A stretch of 63,891 nucleotides of DNA, the filler included, from Octopus bimaculoides (lineage: Eukaryota): the NCBI RefSeq assembly GCF_001194135.2. It is 9 parts of 8 records of this genome, joined end to end, with 100 filler letters (N's around TTAATTAATTAA, not from the genome) between each part and the next. Parts side by side here need not be neighbours in the genome. Positions count along the whole stretch, not along the records: positions 33,816 to 48,517 come from NC_068989.1; positions 48,618 to 55,343 come from NC_068983.1; 7 more parts are not named here. One strand, given 5' to 3'. Positions 39,497 to 51,935 of this stretch are shown here, one piece after another. The first letter of the stretch is position 1. The number at the start of each line of letters is the position of its first letter. Under the pieces are notes generated by a model. The model had not been told where the DNA came from. It worked only from the letters and a program-made list of their open reading frames with translations, and did not search any database. Made by a program: the position numbers and the translations under genes.

Positions 39497-40035
39497 GTGG
39501 AGGTGCAATGGCCCAGTGGTTAGGGCAGCGGACTCGCGGTCATAGGATCACGGTTTCGATTCCCAGACCGGGCGTTGTGAGTGTTTATTGAGCTTAAACA
39601 CCTAAAGCTCCACGAAGCTCCAGCAGGGGATGGTGGCGAACCCTGCTGTACTCTTCCACCACAACTTTCTCTCACTCTTTCTTCCTGTTTCTGTTGTACC
39701 TGTAGTTCAAAGGGTCAGCCTTGTCACACTGTGTCACGCTGAATATCCCCGAGAACTATGNNNNNNNNNNGCAGGGGATGGTGGCGAACCCTGCTGTACT
39801 CTTCCACCACAACTTTCTCTCACTCTTTCTTCCTGTTTCTGTTGTACCTGTAGTTCAAAGGGTCAGCCTTGTCACACTGTGTCACGCTGAATATCCCCGA
39901 GAACTATGTTAAGGGTACACGTGTCTGTGGAGTGCTCAGCCGCTTGCACGTTAATTTCACGAGCAGGCTGTTCCGTTGATCGGATCAACTGGAACCCTCG
40001 ACGTCGTAAGCGACAGAGTGCCAACAACAACAACA
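39497..40035 (+). mobile_element. SINE-A, young full-length tRNA-derived SINE with (CAA)n tail
   Basis: A-box-like tggcccagtggttagg and B-box-like gtttcgattcc; flanked by aaaatgtaaa at 39485-39494 and 40035-40044 (probable TSD); contains a 138-bp assembly duplication around N10. Confidence 0.9.
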
Positions 40036-40959
40036 AAATGTAAATGAAATAAATTAAAATATGATTAAAGCAAAAAAAATAAAATAAAAATGACCAAAAT
40101 GAAAGCTAGAAGCATTCTTGTAAAGATATTCTACAGAATACATAAATAAAAATGGGTGAAATGGATCAGAGTTAGAAAAAACTTTGATGGAGAAACTTTC
40201 ATTTTTACCCCTCCATCTGAATCAATAGATATATCAAGTCTGACTTAGATCTGAACAGCAACACCTTACCGTAAGGTGATGTCCAATAAAGTTAAAAATA
40301 GGAATAAAAGAAATACAGGTAGAATGTGTTTTTTCATTTTCCCACATAAATTTGCATTCAGATCGTTAGATCACGTTTTATGACAAATGACTGTAACATA
40401 TTTTATAGTTTGGCTTTTTGAAACAGTTTGAGGAATATAACTTAAGTGGACAGAACATACATGGGTTGGAGAGGTTTGGCAAAGCTATGATACTATACTG
40501 CATAGAACCGCCCAGTATGGGACTGCTCTCTATATTGGACTAAACTGCATAGAAACTGCCGGTGTGGTTACTAATCTCAATGAGATTGTCCTCTATGGGA
40601 CCGGTCTCTATGGTATTCAATGATACAAGCTGATGTCTCCTTTATGAGTTAATTTGTTTCTAATTATTGCTTGATAACTGAGAACTCACAAGGCAATCAG
40701 ATATTTAAATTTGTGTCGTTAAGAAGGTCTCTTCTCAACCACATAGTTTTGGGTTCAGTCCCACATCACAGCAATTTGGGCATGTGTCTTCTACTATAGC
40801 CTCAGGATCACCAAAGACTTGAGTAAATTTGATAGACGGAAACTGAAAGAAGCCTGTCATATATTCATGCATGCATGTGTGTGTGTGTGTTCTTGTCTTG
40901 ACATCCTGCAGAAGCTATAAATGAGCATCAGTCATACAAGCAATGTCCTTCGTTTTCAA

Positions 40960-42340
40960 TTTTCTAGGGAAGCCAAAAGTCCTCTAAACATCAGTACAAT
41001 AAAGATACGCACCATACGACTGGAGCATAAAAGACTACAACTCGCAAAACTATTCAGAAATTACAACATGAATATCCTAGCAGTAGAAGATTACAAAATG
41101 GTGTACAAAGACGAGACAGAGTACATCCAGTTGGAAAAATGTCAGCTAATCACAACATGAGAATGGAAGAATGAGAGCAGAGCAGCATGCAGTAGTGTAG
41201 GAATCTTCCTTGATAAGAATGCTAAAATAGCAGTCAGCAGCATCATACTTGTCAATTAAAGAATCTTGACTGCAAACTTTGGTGGAAACACAGCTACAAC
41301 AGTCACTGGGCATTATGCCCCAGTTGAAGGCTCATGAGATGCAGGAGAACACTACAACAATCTTGCTGATGTAATTCATTCAATACCAGCTCACAACATG
41401 ACACTCTTGCTTAGTGATTGTAATGTACACATAGGAATAAAAGATGGTGCTTTCATATTTCATGAATATACAAACAAGGTCACTTATTCCTTGAACTTGC
41501 ACTAAAAACCAATATCATCATCATCATCATCATCATCATCGTTTAACGTCTGCTTTCTATGCTAGCATGGGTTGGACGATTTAACTGAGGACTGGCAAGC
41601 CAGAAGGCTGCACCAGGCTCCAATCTGATCTGGCAGAGTTTCTACAGCTGGATGCCCTTACTTACGCCAACCACTCCGAGAGTGTAATGGGTGCATTTAC
41701 GTACCACAAGTTGATAACATCTTGATCAACCAAACGTGGAAGAACTCTGTTCAAAGTGCTGAAGCGTACAACAGCTTCACAAGTCTTGGTTCTGACCACA
41801 GAATTTTAAGAGGACAAATCAAACTCAGCTGGTGTACACATACAACATAAAAAAAGCAGGTATATAACTGGTACATCTTGAAAAGGGATACAGATCTGCT
41901 GCAAATGTACAGTGTTACAGTAAAGAACTGATTTGTTGCACTATAAAATGGTTTGGAATCAATAACCAGCCTATACGAACACTTCATCACAGTTAACAGA
42001 GTTGTGAAAGAACAAATGATACAAGCAAAGAATCTCCGTTCAAAGAAAAGAATATCAGCTGAACCAAGAGTTATTACATCCAGGTTAAAATGTGCAAAAG
42101 AGCATTTAACTGCTACCAAGAGAATCCTAACAAAGAACACAGGCTGGGATTACAAGCTGCCAAAACCACTCTTCAAAATGCCTAACACACCATTAAGGAG
42201 GAGGAATTAGAGTGCATAATTGATCAAGTCAAGGCAGCAGATGCAAATTCAATGCGCAGAGAAAGCTGGAAATTAATCAATGAGATAAGTAGAAGGAAAG
42301 TAGCAAAGTTGGGCATCATCCACAGAAACAGACGGTGACT
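40960..42340 (+). mobile_element. RTE-like LINE relic (APE endonuclease region), antisense in the DPH7 intron
   Basis: NIRT-like start, ILAVED, HYAPVE, SDCNVHIG, QVDNILINQTWKNSVQSAEAY..SDHRIL; many stops; interrupted at 41515-41704. Confidence 0.75.
41515..41704 (-). mobile_element. RTE-type 3' end repeat nested in the older RTE relic
   Basis: Reverse complement of the 37604-37848 family. It splits the endonuclease reading frame. Confidence 0.7.
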
Positions 42341-42367
42341 AAGACAAGAACTTCATATAAAACATAC

Positions 42368-42433
42368 CTTCCTGTAGCTAGGATATGTGGTAGCTTAGGG
42401 TTGCTCTGTATACTGCATACACCCATTGAATGG
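42368..42433 (-). CDS. DPH7: DPH7/WDR85 (diphthine methylesterase, WD40) internal coding exon, 66 nt, phase 2-2
   Basis: Minus strand reads tttctttacag|C CAT TCA ATG GGT...ACA GGA AG|gtatgt = [22 protein letters not shown]. This matches my recollection of the DPH7 motif [22 protein letters not shown], and it joins the next exon in frame (AG+C = Ser). Confidence 0.93.
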
Positions 42434-42597
42434 CTGTAAAGAAAAAATAGTTAAGCTGTTAATCTGCTAGTTTGTTAATCCATTCATTAAATACAGAAGG
42501 GATTGTCCATATAACTGGTATTTCATTCGTGTTCATAGGGCATAAGCATGGCTGCGTGGTTAAGAAGTTTGCTTTGTGATCACATGGTTTGGGGTTC

Positions 42598-42628
<31 letters not shown>

Positions 42629-42904
42629 TGTGTGCCTTTGTGTTTACCACCACCACCACCACCACCACCACCACCACACCATCACTTGACAACTGGGTTG
42701 ATTTGTTCAACTAGAGCCTTCAAAGCAGTACCCCAGCGTGGCCACAGTCTAATGACTGAAACAAGTAAAAGATAAAAGAATCACCTGACCTAAATAGTCT
42801 ACCTGTTTTACTTTCAAACTGGCCAGATTCAGCTTCTCACACCTTCCCTACAATGTCATTCTAAAAATAAACACTCACATCATCAAAATGCACCCAGTAC
42901 ATTC

Positions 42905-43110
42905 TGTGAGTGTTTATTGAGCGAAAACACCTAAAGCTCCACGAGGCCCCGGCAGGGGATGGTGGCGAACCCTGCTGTACTCTTTCACCACAACTTTCTC
43001 TCACTCTTTCTTCCTGTTTCTGTTGTGCCTGTAATTCAAAGGGCCAGCCTTGTCACACTGTGTCACGCTGAATATCCCCGAGAACTACGTTAAGGGTACA
43101 CGTGTCTGTG
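42905..43110 (+). mobile_element. SINE-A internal fragment
   Basis: Matches 39577-39930; lacks both head and tail. Confidence 0.8.
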
Positions 43111-43951
43111 GCCATTGATAGCATGGCCTTTCTGAAGGTAGACAATGAACACAATGCTCTTTGCATCCCAGAAGATGGAAGCCCATTACCTTCTCTGCTG
43201 ATGACACCACCTTGGCCTTCTTTGGTTGGGGAGAAGACAGGTGCTTCCACTGCATGGATTACCATTTGGTCTCTGGCTCGAAGTGGTGAACCCAACGTAC
43301 ATCTTGGGTGAGGAGACATTCAAGAAAACTGACTGGATTTGCTTCAAAAAGTGCCAAGTTTGCCTCTGACATTACCAGCCTGGTGTGCTTTTGATCAGGC
43401 ATCAAAAGTCGTGGCACCCACCAAGCGGAAACCTTTGACATGCCAAGTTCATTATGCGGATTGTTCTCAACTCATTCATGGGAGATGTCTACAGCATTAG
43501 CTGTCTGATTAACATTTAAACGTTTGTCATCCATCACTATGTGGTGAACATGGTCAATGTTTTTTTTGGATGGTGTCTGTGGCAGGACATCCAGACCTTG
43601 GGTCATCTTCAAGACTCTCCCTTCTCCTCTTGAATACAGCTTCCTACTTTTGCACTGTTAATAAAGCTGGAGCATCAACCCCTAAGGTAGCAACCATGTC
43701 AGCATGAATGTCCTTAGGGGCTAACTCCTTTTTCTTCAGATATTTGATAACACCACAGTGCCGAATTTTATCCATTTTCACGAAATCAAGTACCACTTTT
43801 CCAAATCCTCAATTCGTATCCAATGTGGGTTTATCTGGAAAAAAAAATGCAGTTAGCATCAGTTAAGGTTGAATTTAATGCATGCCAGGGTTAATTACTG
43901 TATGATAACTCCTTCTTAGTCAGCCTATGAACTTTTCAGCCCACCCTCATA
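43110..43951 (-). mobile_element. mariner transposon, 5' TIR and N-terminal two-thirds of a decayed transposase
   Basis: TIR tatgagggtgggctgaaaagttc; ATG at 43775, MDKIRHCGVIKYL...LEDDPRSG, WVPRLL, WVHHFEPETK, SMQWKH..SP.PKKAK. Confidence 0.9.
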
Positions 43952-45390
43952 GTTTCTGCTACTTAGGTGACCAAATTAGTAATGGTGGTGGACGCTCCAA
44001 AAGTATTATTTCTAGAGTAAGAATAAAATGAAAAAAACTTCAGAGAACTACTACCTCTGTTGGCAACAAAAGGACTCTCTCCCAGAGTGAAGGGTAGATT
44101 GTATGATGTTTGTGTATGAACGGATATACTCCAGGTAGTGAGACATGGGCTCTGAATGCAGGGGATATGCAGAGACTGGAGAGAAATGAAGGTAGTATGC
44201 TCTGCTGGATATGCAACATCAGTGTGCATGATGAACAACAAGGTGCAACTGTGTTGAGAGAAAAGTTGGACATAAGAGGAATTAAATGTGGTGTGCAGGA
44301 GAGGAGACTACCTTTGTTTGGACATATGATGCATGTGAATGAAGACAGCTGTATAAAGAAGTGCTGGTCACTGAAAGTGGATGGTACCTGTGGAAATGGG
44401 AGACCCAGGAAGACATGGAATGAAGTTATGAAGACTGATCCCAGAGTGTTAAGGTTCATGGAGGAAACGACAATGGACTGAGATGTCTGGCGATATAAGG
44501 TTCTAGAGAAGACCCACCCACGTCAGCAAAACTGAGTGCTAGAAGCATTGTGTCCCACCCGCACATAGCAAAAAAATTTTCACACACCCTATCTCAAGAA
44601 ACCAAATCACATCTCCTCTCCTAAACTGCATTTTTACTTCCTCACATTTCCTCTTTATACACAATGATTATCTCTCACTCTCAATCCCTGCCTTCACTGC
44701 CCTGCTCACTGTATTGCTGCTTTCTCCACCCACTCTTTGTACCCAAGTTCTCACCAGTCTCCGCAATCTCCACCTCCATGTCTCTTGACAAAACCTAGCC
44801 AAGTATATTATAACCTCCGTACCTTGAGGGCATGCCCTGGCAATTACCACTATTTATCTCTTTCTTGTTACCTCTCTCTCTGACCATGTAACCATGTACC
44901 TCCTCTATAGCAAAACACCTGTTTCTGCCTCTCTGTCTTTCTGTCACACTCTAAGCTTTCATCATCTGACACAAGATCACCTCCTCCAATCCCTGCCTCT
45001 CAAAATTCTTTGTCTTACAAGTTACTTGGTGACCCTGCCAGTGCTGGTGCCACATAAAAAGCATCCAGTCCACACTGTGAAATGGTTGGCATTTGGAAGG
45101 GCATTCAGTTGTAAAAACTATGCTAAAACTGACCTCGCTTGTGCTGGTGCCACATAAAAGCACTCAGTCCACTCAGTGGGGTGGCTGGTGTTAGGAAAGG
45201 CATCCAGCTGTAAAAAAACCATGCCAAAACAGACACAGTAGCTTGGTGTAATCTTCTATCTGGCTGGCTCCTGTCAAACTGGCTGACCTATGCCAGCATG
45301 GATGGTGAACATTAAATACTGATGATGATGGTTCAAACTCTGTTGACCCAACCCGTGCCAGTATGGAAAGCACACTAAAAATAATGATGA
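43952..45390 (+). mobile_element. RTE-like LINE 3' part (post-RT domain, 3' UTR, (GAT)n tail)
   Basis: SFCYLGDQ..., GSETWALNAGDMQRLERNE, RRLPLFGHM, GRPRKTW. The UTR has ~100-bp internal repeats and ends in gatgat. Confidence 0.8.
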
Positions 45391-45904
45391 TATATATAAC
45401 ATATATATAAAAATGGATTTACATATACAGACACATATTCACACACATATTCACACACATACTCACACTCACACACACATATTCATACACATACTCTCAT
45501 ATATATAAATACACATACACACATACTCATTCACACTCACACACATATTCATACACAAAAACTCATATTCACATACATACATACACACAACACACATATA
45601 GATAGATACATACATATATGTGTTTATCATAGACACACATACATGTATATATATATGTGTGTGCTTATGTGTGTGTTTGTGTGCATTCAACACTTGGCAG
45701 CATGAAAAGAAAAAAACAGTCAACAATGATAATGTATCAATGCAGCATGTATAATGTGCTTTAAACATGAGTAGCAGGTTTGGGGCAAGTCCCACCCCTC
45801 TTCTCCCACTATACAAACAAAAACACAAAACCAGTTACAAAAATAGCTAATAAACCAACAAAGCACACCACTTTTCTCTGGAAACAATAGCCAAATGTTT
45901 TATT

Positions 45905-46312
45905 TACTCTTTTACTTGTTTCAGTCATTTGACTGCGGCCATGCAGGAACACTGCATTTAGTCAAGCAAATCGACCCCTGGACTTATTCTTTGTAAGCCT
46001 AGTACATATTCTATCGGTCTCTTTTGCCGAACCACTAAGTTACAGGGATGTAAACACACCAGCATCGGTTGTCAAGCGAAGCTGGAGGGACAAACACACA
46101 CACACAAACATACACACACACACATACATATACATATATATACATATATGACAGGCTTCTTTCAGTTTCCGTTTACCAAATCCACTCACAAGGCTTTGGT
46201 CGGCCCGAGGCTATAGTAGAAGACACTTGCCCAAGGTGCCCCGCAGTGGGACTGAACCCAGAACCATATGGTTGGTAAGCAAGCTACTTACCACACAGCC
46301 ACTCCTGCGCCT
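45905..46312 (-). mobile_element. SINE-B, complete copy in the DPH7 upstream intron
   Basis: Reverse complement of the 17385-17765 family from head (ggcgcaggagtggctgtgtggtaag) to tail. Confidence 0.85.
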
Positions 46313-47241
46313 ATTTGTCTTTTTGTTTTTTTAATTTTACACAAATAATTTTACTAGCTAGTTTTTCCATATTTTCCCCTTAACCACAGTCGATGAACCA
46401 AACATGGAGACTGCACAATTGGTTGCCTATATCTGCAAGAAATAGCAGCCTAATCTCTCTCAAGCCACATGAATAACACACTTGATAATGTAGTTTTTGA
46501 CACAGTATGTTACGGATATAACTTTAAATTGCATCTGGTAGGGTCAGACTTCAGGAGTGCCAGGGGTTTGAGGAGTGTAGAACCACCTCTTGGCCATCAT
46601 TATTCCCAAGTTTGCTCTGACATGGAATAGTAGCACCTGTAAGGGACCCAGCTATGGGTTAATTAGCATATTAGGGTTTGTCATCTTATGGACCTGGCGA
46701 ACCTTGCAGTTGGTACCTTGATGGTTCAATGGAGGGGAAGATGACTGCAGTGACACATTGTGGAGAGCAGAGAACAAGATGAGGTAAATAAGGCATCTTG
46801 CTCATCCACCACGTCCATCTACATCTCCAGTTGTCTTGACCTGGTCTTTCACTAGAAGTCAATGCGGTCATCTGACGAGAATGATTTCTTTCAAATGATG
46901 TAATGTTTTCATTAATCAATTAAAGGAGTTGCTTGATACAGCCATAATGAATTGACACCTGTACATCTCTGTTAGTCATTTATATATATATACATATATA
47001 TATACAATGGGCTTCTTTCAGTTTCTTTCTATCAAACTACTCATAAGGCTTTGGTCAGCCCAGAGCACTTACTCAAGATGTCACACTGTGATAGCAGACC
47101 CAGAACTAGGAACCATGTAGGTGGTCAGTAAACTTCTTGCCACAAAACCATGCCACCGACTATGTTTGTATATGACACAGCATGTATGTGTATGTGAGTA
47201 TATATATATATAAATATATATATATGTGTGTGTGTGTGTAT

Positions 47242-47275
<34 letters not shown>

Positions 47276-48342
47276 TTATATTTTTTACTGGTTTCAGTCA
47301 TTGGACTGCAGCCATGCTAGGGCACCACTTTGAAGGGATTTAGTAAAAAAAAATTCAACACCAGTACATTTTTCTTAAGCCAGGTACTTACTCTATCAGT
47401 CTCATTTTGCCAAACTGCTAAGTTATGGAGACGTAAACAAACCAACACTAATTGTCAAGTGATAGTGTTGGTCAAACACATACACAAAGACATACACACA
47501 CACACACACACACAGATATACACACACATATAGATATACACACACATATAGATATACATACACACACACACACACAGATATACACACACAGATATACACA
47601 CACATATAGATATACACACACATATAGATATACATACACACACACACACACACACATACACGCACGTGACAGGCTTCTTTCAACTTCCATCTACCAAATC
47701 CACTCACACGGTTTTGGTTGGCCCAGAGCTATATTAGAAGACTCTTGCCTCAGGTGACATAGAATTATGTATGCATGTGCATGTGTCTACGATCATTAAG
47801 GAAATTTTTATGCACTCTATGCCGATACAGTATATGAGTGTGTACACGTGTTTCTATCAGGAAAAAAAAAAAAAATACTCACACACAAGTAAGATAACAC
47901 AAAAGCCCAGACATAAGACAAGGCCATATAAAATATTTTTGCAATAGTGTTACTGAATTAAAACTCACTTTTCTAGTCCAACCCATATAAGGCATATACT
48001 GTCTTTCATTTATCATCTTTATATAAACTTACATCACCTGTTTCAGTGAGTTTTTTTTTTTTTTTTAACGTATGAAATAATTGTTATTACACATATATTC
48101 AATCATAATCACTACAATTGTTTTGACGCATCTAGCATCAATCCCTCACAGGTAGAATACTGTACAACTTGTTTAGGAGTATCCAACAATGTAGATGATT
48201 ACTAAATGTAGCTCTTTAAAATAATGTCTGTTCTGCTAGTTTTTCTTCTCGGTATGTGTATAGAAAAGCAACAAATTAAGGGACACAGCTTCATTATTAG
48301 TGATCCATAATAATATCAGACGCAAAAAAGAAACAAATACAT

Positions 48343-48375
<33 letters not shown>

Positions 48376-48376
48376 C

Positions 48377-48411
<35 letters not shown>

Positions 48412-48617
48412 TATTCTTTTCCTTCTCTGAGCATTTTATTAATACTTGGCACGTGTTACATCATCATGTTTTTTCTTCATTTCTTGAATTGATTATATAT
48501 ATATATATATATATATANNNNNNNNNNNNNNNNNNNNNNNNNNNNNNNNNNNNNNNNNNNNTTAATTAATTAANNNNNNNNNNNNNNNNNNNNNNNNNNN
48601 NNNNNNNNNNNNNNNNN

Positions 48618-48717
<100 letters not shown>

Positions 48718-49160
48718 GACGGCGACCTGGCAGAATCGTTAGCACGCTGGATGAAATGCTTGGCGGTCTTTCATCTGCTGCTTACATTCTGAGTTCAAAT
48801 TCCGCCGAGGTCGACTTTGACTTTCATCCTTTCGGGGTTGATAAATTAAGTACCAGTTACGTACTAGGGTCGATCTAATCGACTGGCCCCTCACCCAAAC
48901 GTTTCAGGCTCTGTACCTAGAGTAGAAAGGACTATTATTATCAGTATTAGTATTATGACTATTAATCAGACGGCGGAATGCGGCGAGCTGGCAGAATCGG
49001 TAGCACGTTGGACGAAATACCGTTAAGCATTCTGAGTTCAAATTCCGCCGAGGTTGACTTCTTTTATCCTTTTATGTCGATAAATTAAGTACCAGTGAAA
49101 CACTGGGGTCAATGTAATCGACAAATCTTCTCCTACAAAATATCGAGGCCTTGTGTCTTC
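48718..49160 (+). mobile_element. Two tandem SINE-C copies after (AAT)n
   Basis: Heads at about 48718 and 48985, each with gagttcaaattccgccgagg. Confidence 0.8.
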
Positions 49161-49164
49161 AGCA

Positions 49165-49942
49165 GAAAGGGGCAGTACCACCGGGTGTGGGGTGTTACCG
49201 GTTCGTGATAAACTCTACAGGCACGGATGTGCTATCAGACGGGTTTGTCAGAGGTGAGCGCAAAGTGATGAATCCGTTCTGCACGCCCTCGTTCAGTGTC
49301 CGAGTATTGCTGACTTGTGGGGTTATGTCGCCAACTACTGTCACGTATGGGACGGATCTGTCTGTCGGCCGAGTCTGTAGTGATGATCGCACCGCCGCCA
49401 TCCATCAATCGAGCAGGCAAGGCTGTGACGAAAGGGGTTGTTTGGTGGACAAGGCTGAACTGTATGAAAACAGATACATCTCTCTTTTGTAGAGCTCTCA
49501 TTGACTTCTTCAAGTGTCACTTGAAAAGGAAATTAAGAGTGGAGAGGGAAGTGCTGTCCTCGAGTGAGTTTATTGAAAGGTGGTTGAAAGTTGTGAAAAG
49601 GAAATGAGTGGATGGTACTATCTAAGTGTAGACCTGTGAGTCAGAGAGAAGGATTGGAGAGGGTACTTGCCCCTGGGATTTCAGGGGAATCTCGGACAGT
49701 TGGGTTCCTCGATTATCCCTAGATGCCTTCTTGTATCAAGAGGGCCACATTTCTATCATCCTCCCCGCCCACTTTCTTTTTATTAAAACCTTTGTATGCT
49801 ATGCATGTGTCCCTTGTTTTTCAGCTTATACCGTGTATAGCTACGTTTTTTTTTAACATTTCATTATATCTAAACCCCCACACTTTATGTCTGTCTTTGT
49901 ACTGCTCCCTTCATCCTTCGCCCTTGTGGCAAATAAATTAAG
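49165..49942 (+). mobile_element. Tx1/L1-like LINE 3' fragment (zf-RVT region plus 3' UTR)
   Basis: LPVRDKLYRHG...CQR*AQSDESVLHALVQCPSIADLW; ends in cccttgtggcaaataaa. Confidence 0.8.
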
Positions 49943-50374
49943 TCAGTTATCATCATCATCATCATTAACGTTGCACAGTATCCAATACTGTGATGTTGAT
50001 TGAAGATATTGTGCCTACAGCGGGGGGGGGGATATGTACTGTTTGTCAAGTCACAACAAGGACCTCAGACAAACAGTACTTTACGCAATATGCGTGCAGT
50101 TCCAAGTAATGTCGACTTGTGCAATACACCTAAATTATAGGGTATCTCTAAGGTTTTCAGATGTTTTTTTTAGATTGTTTATTTTTATTATTATGTTTTT
50201 TTTCTTCTTTCTTCAAATTTTCTTCCATTTCTCGCCGAGTGTTTTCCGTACACCTAGGACACAGAAGATCATTGTATGCGTTCCCAGTTTACACACGCAA
50301 TTCACAGGTAAAATATGTACTTTAAAATAAATAAATAAATAAATTCATTAATGGATGTTTTTACAGCGATATTA

Positions 50375-50444
<70 letters not shown>

Positions 50445-51685
50445 CATCATCATCATCATATCAACTTCGCCATTTATCGTTTCCGGGTAGATAAATTAAG
50501 TACCAGTGAAACACTGGGGTCGATGTAATCGACGAGTCTCCTCCCCCAAGATTTCAGGCCTTGTGCCTTTGGTAGAAAAGTTTATTAATATTGCTGCTGC
50601 TGCTAATATTCTCTTGGTGGGCTGGGGATAAGGAATTAAATATCAAGAGAGGAATGCATTGTTTGCGGAGAAAGAAAAGGCTGGTGCCTCTTCCACCATC
50701 CCATCAACTCATCACCCCACCCCACATACCACAGGGAATATTTCCACGAAATATAGAAAATGGTCGCAGATGGTGTTGAAGAATCAAAATGGCGTTCGAA
50801 GCAATCACAAGAAAGGACCTATTATAAACGAGAGCGTATTTTATAAAAATGTTTACATTGAATCATACTGTCAATCTATTTGTTTGTTAGTCTGTCTGTG
50901 TGTCCCTTTGATTGTCAGATGTCTTCTACTCCATCTTGGTGACAATCAACATTCTCACTAAGTACATCTCATCCGTAACTGAAAGCATTGGCCCCGAAGC
51001 CATGTTTGTCACCTGATATCTCTTAACATGTATCCTGCTGTAAAACTGCAGCTCATTTTCAGAATTATTCCGTCCGATGTAATTTAGTCAACCTTAAGAT
51101 AATTACTAATTTATCATCAGTATCAGTCTGCAGGGATAGGGGTTCTAATGAAATTTAGTAGGGTCAAAGCATCTCCAATGTAACCCGAGTAAAACTGCAT
51201 TATTTTTGTCTTCTAGATTTTATGTTTTCAATGTCGGATTTTCACTTCAGAACTTATAGAGAACAAAAAAAATATGACAACAAACAAAATTACAACAATA
51301 AAAAAACATAGATTTATCTTTGTTACTGTTGTTGTCTGCGTTCAGAATTTATCTTCTGGATTACCTCATCGACGCAGACGACAGGCTCGATTCCCTGAAC
51401 GTAGGATTACCAACAGAATTGAATTAATCCATTTTCAAAGAAAAGGTACATTTTGTCGAGATTATTACTTGTCAATTAAATGTCTTATAATCAAATGATG
51501 GCGCTATATATTACTTAACCTTCAGATGATTGTTATCAGCTAAATATTGCTGAACATCAGCCGATCGTTATCGGTTACAATTTTTTTAATCATCACTCAG
51601 TGATTATTAATTAACTATTAGTAAACAATCAAATAGTTATAATTATATTTTGGTTCAATATATGTGCTTCTCATATCTACATACA

Positions 51686-51759
<74 letters not shown>

Positions 51760-51877
51760 NNNNNNNNNNNNNNNNNNNNNNNNNNNNNNNNNNNNNNNNN
51801 NNNNNNNNNNNNNNNNNNNNNNNNNNNNNNNNNNNNNNNNNNNNNNNNNNNNNNNNNNNNNNNNNNNNNATATATAC

Positions 51878-51935
<58 letters not shown>

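Noticed and set aside
39623-39908. 138-bp tandem duplication inside SINE-A
   Set aside because: Identical copies either side of N10; an assembly overlap.
40262-40280. Short palindrome caccttac-c-gtaaggtg
   Set aside because: Only 8-bp arms; probably a mariner-type TIR remnant or chance.
45780-45820. Minus-strand EGWDL as the missing upstream DPH7 exon
   Set aside because: No GDD motif and no phase-compatible donor.
47960-48040. Strong-looking minus-strand donors (gtgagt, gtaagt) as DPH7 exon ends
   Set aside because: The upstream frames have stops or no DPH7 similarity, and there is no good acceptor.
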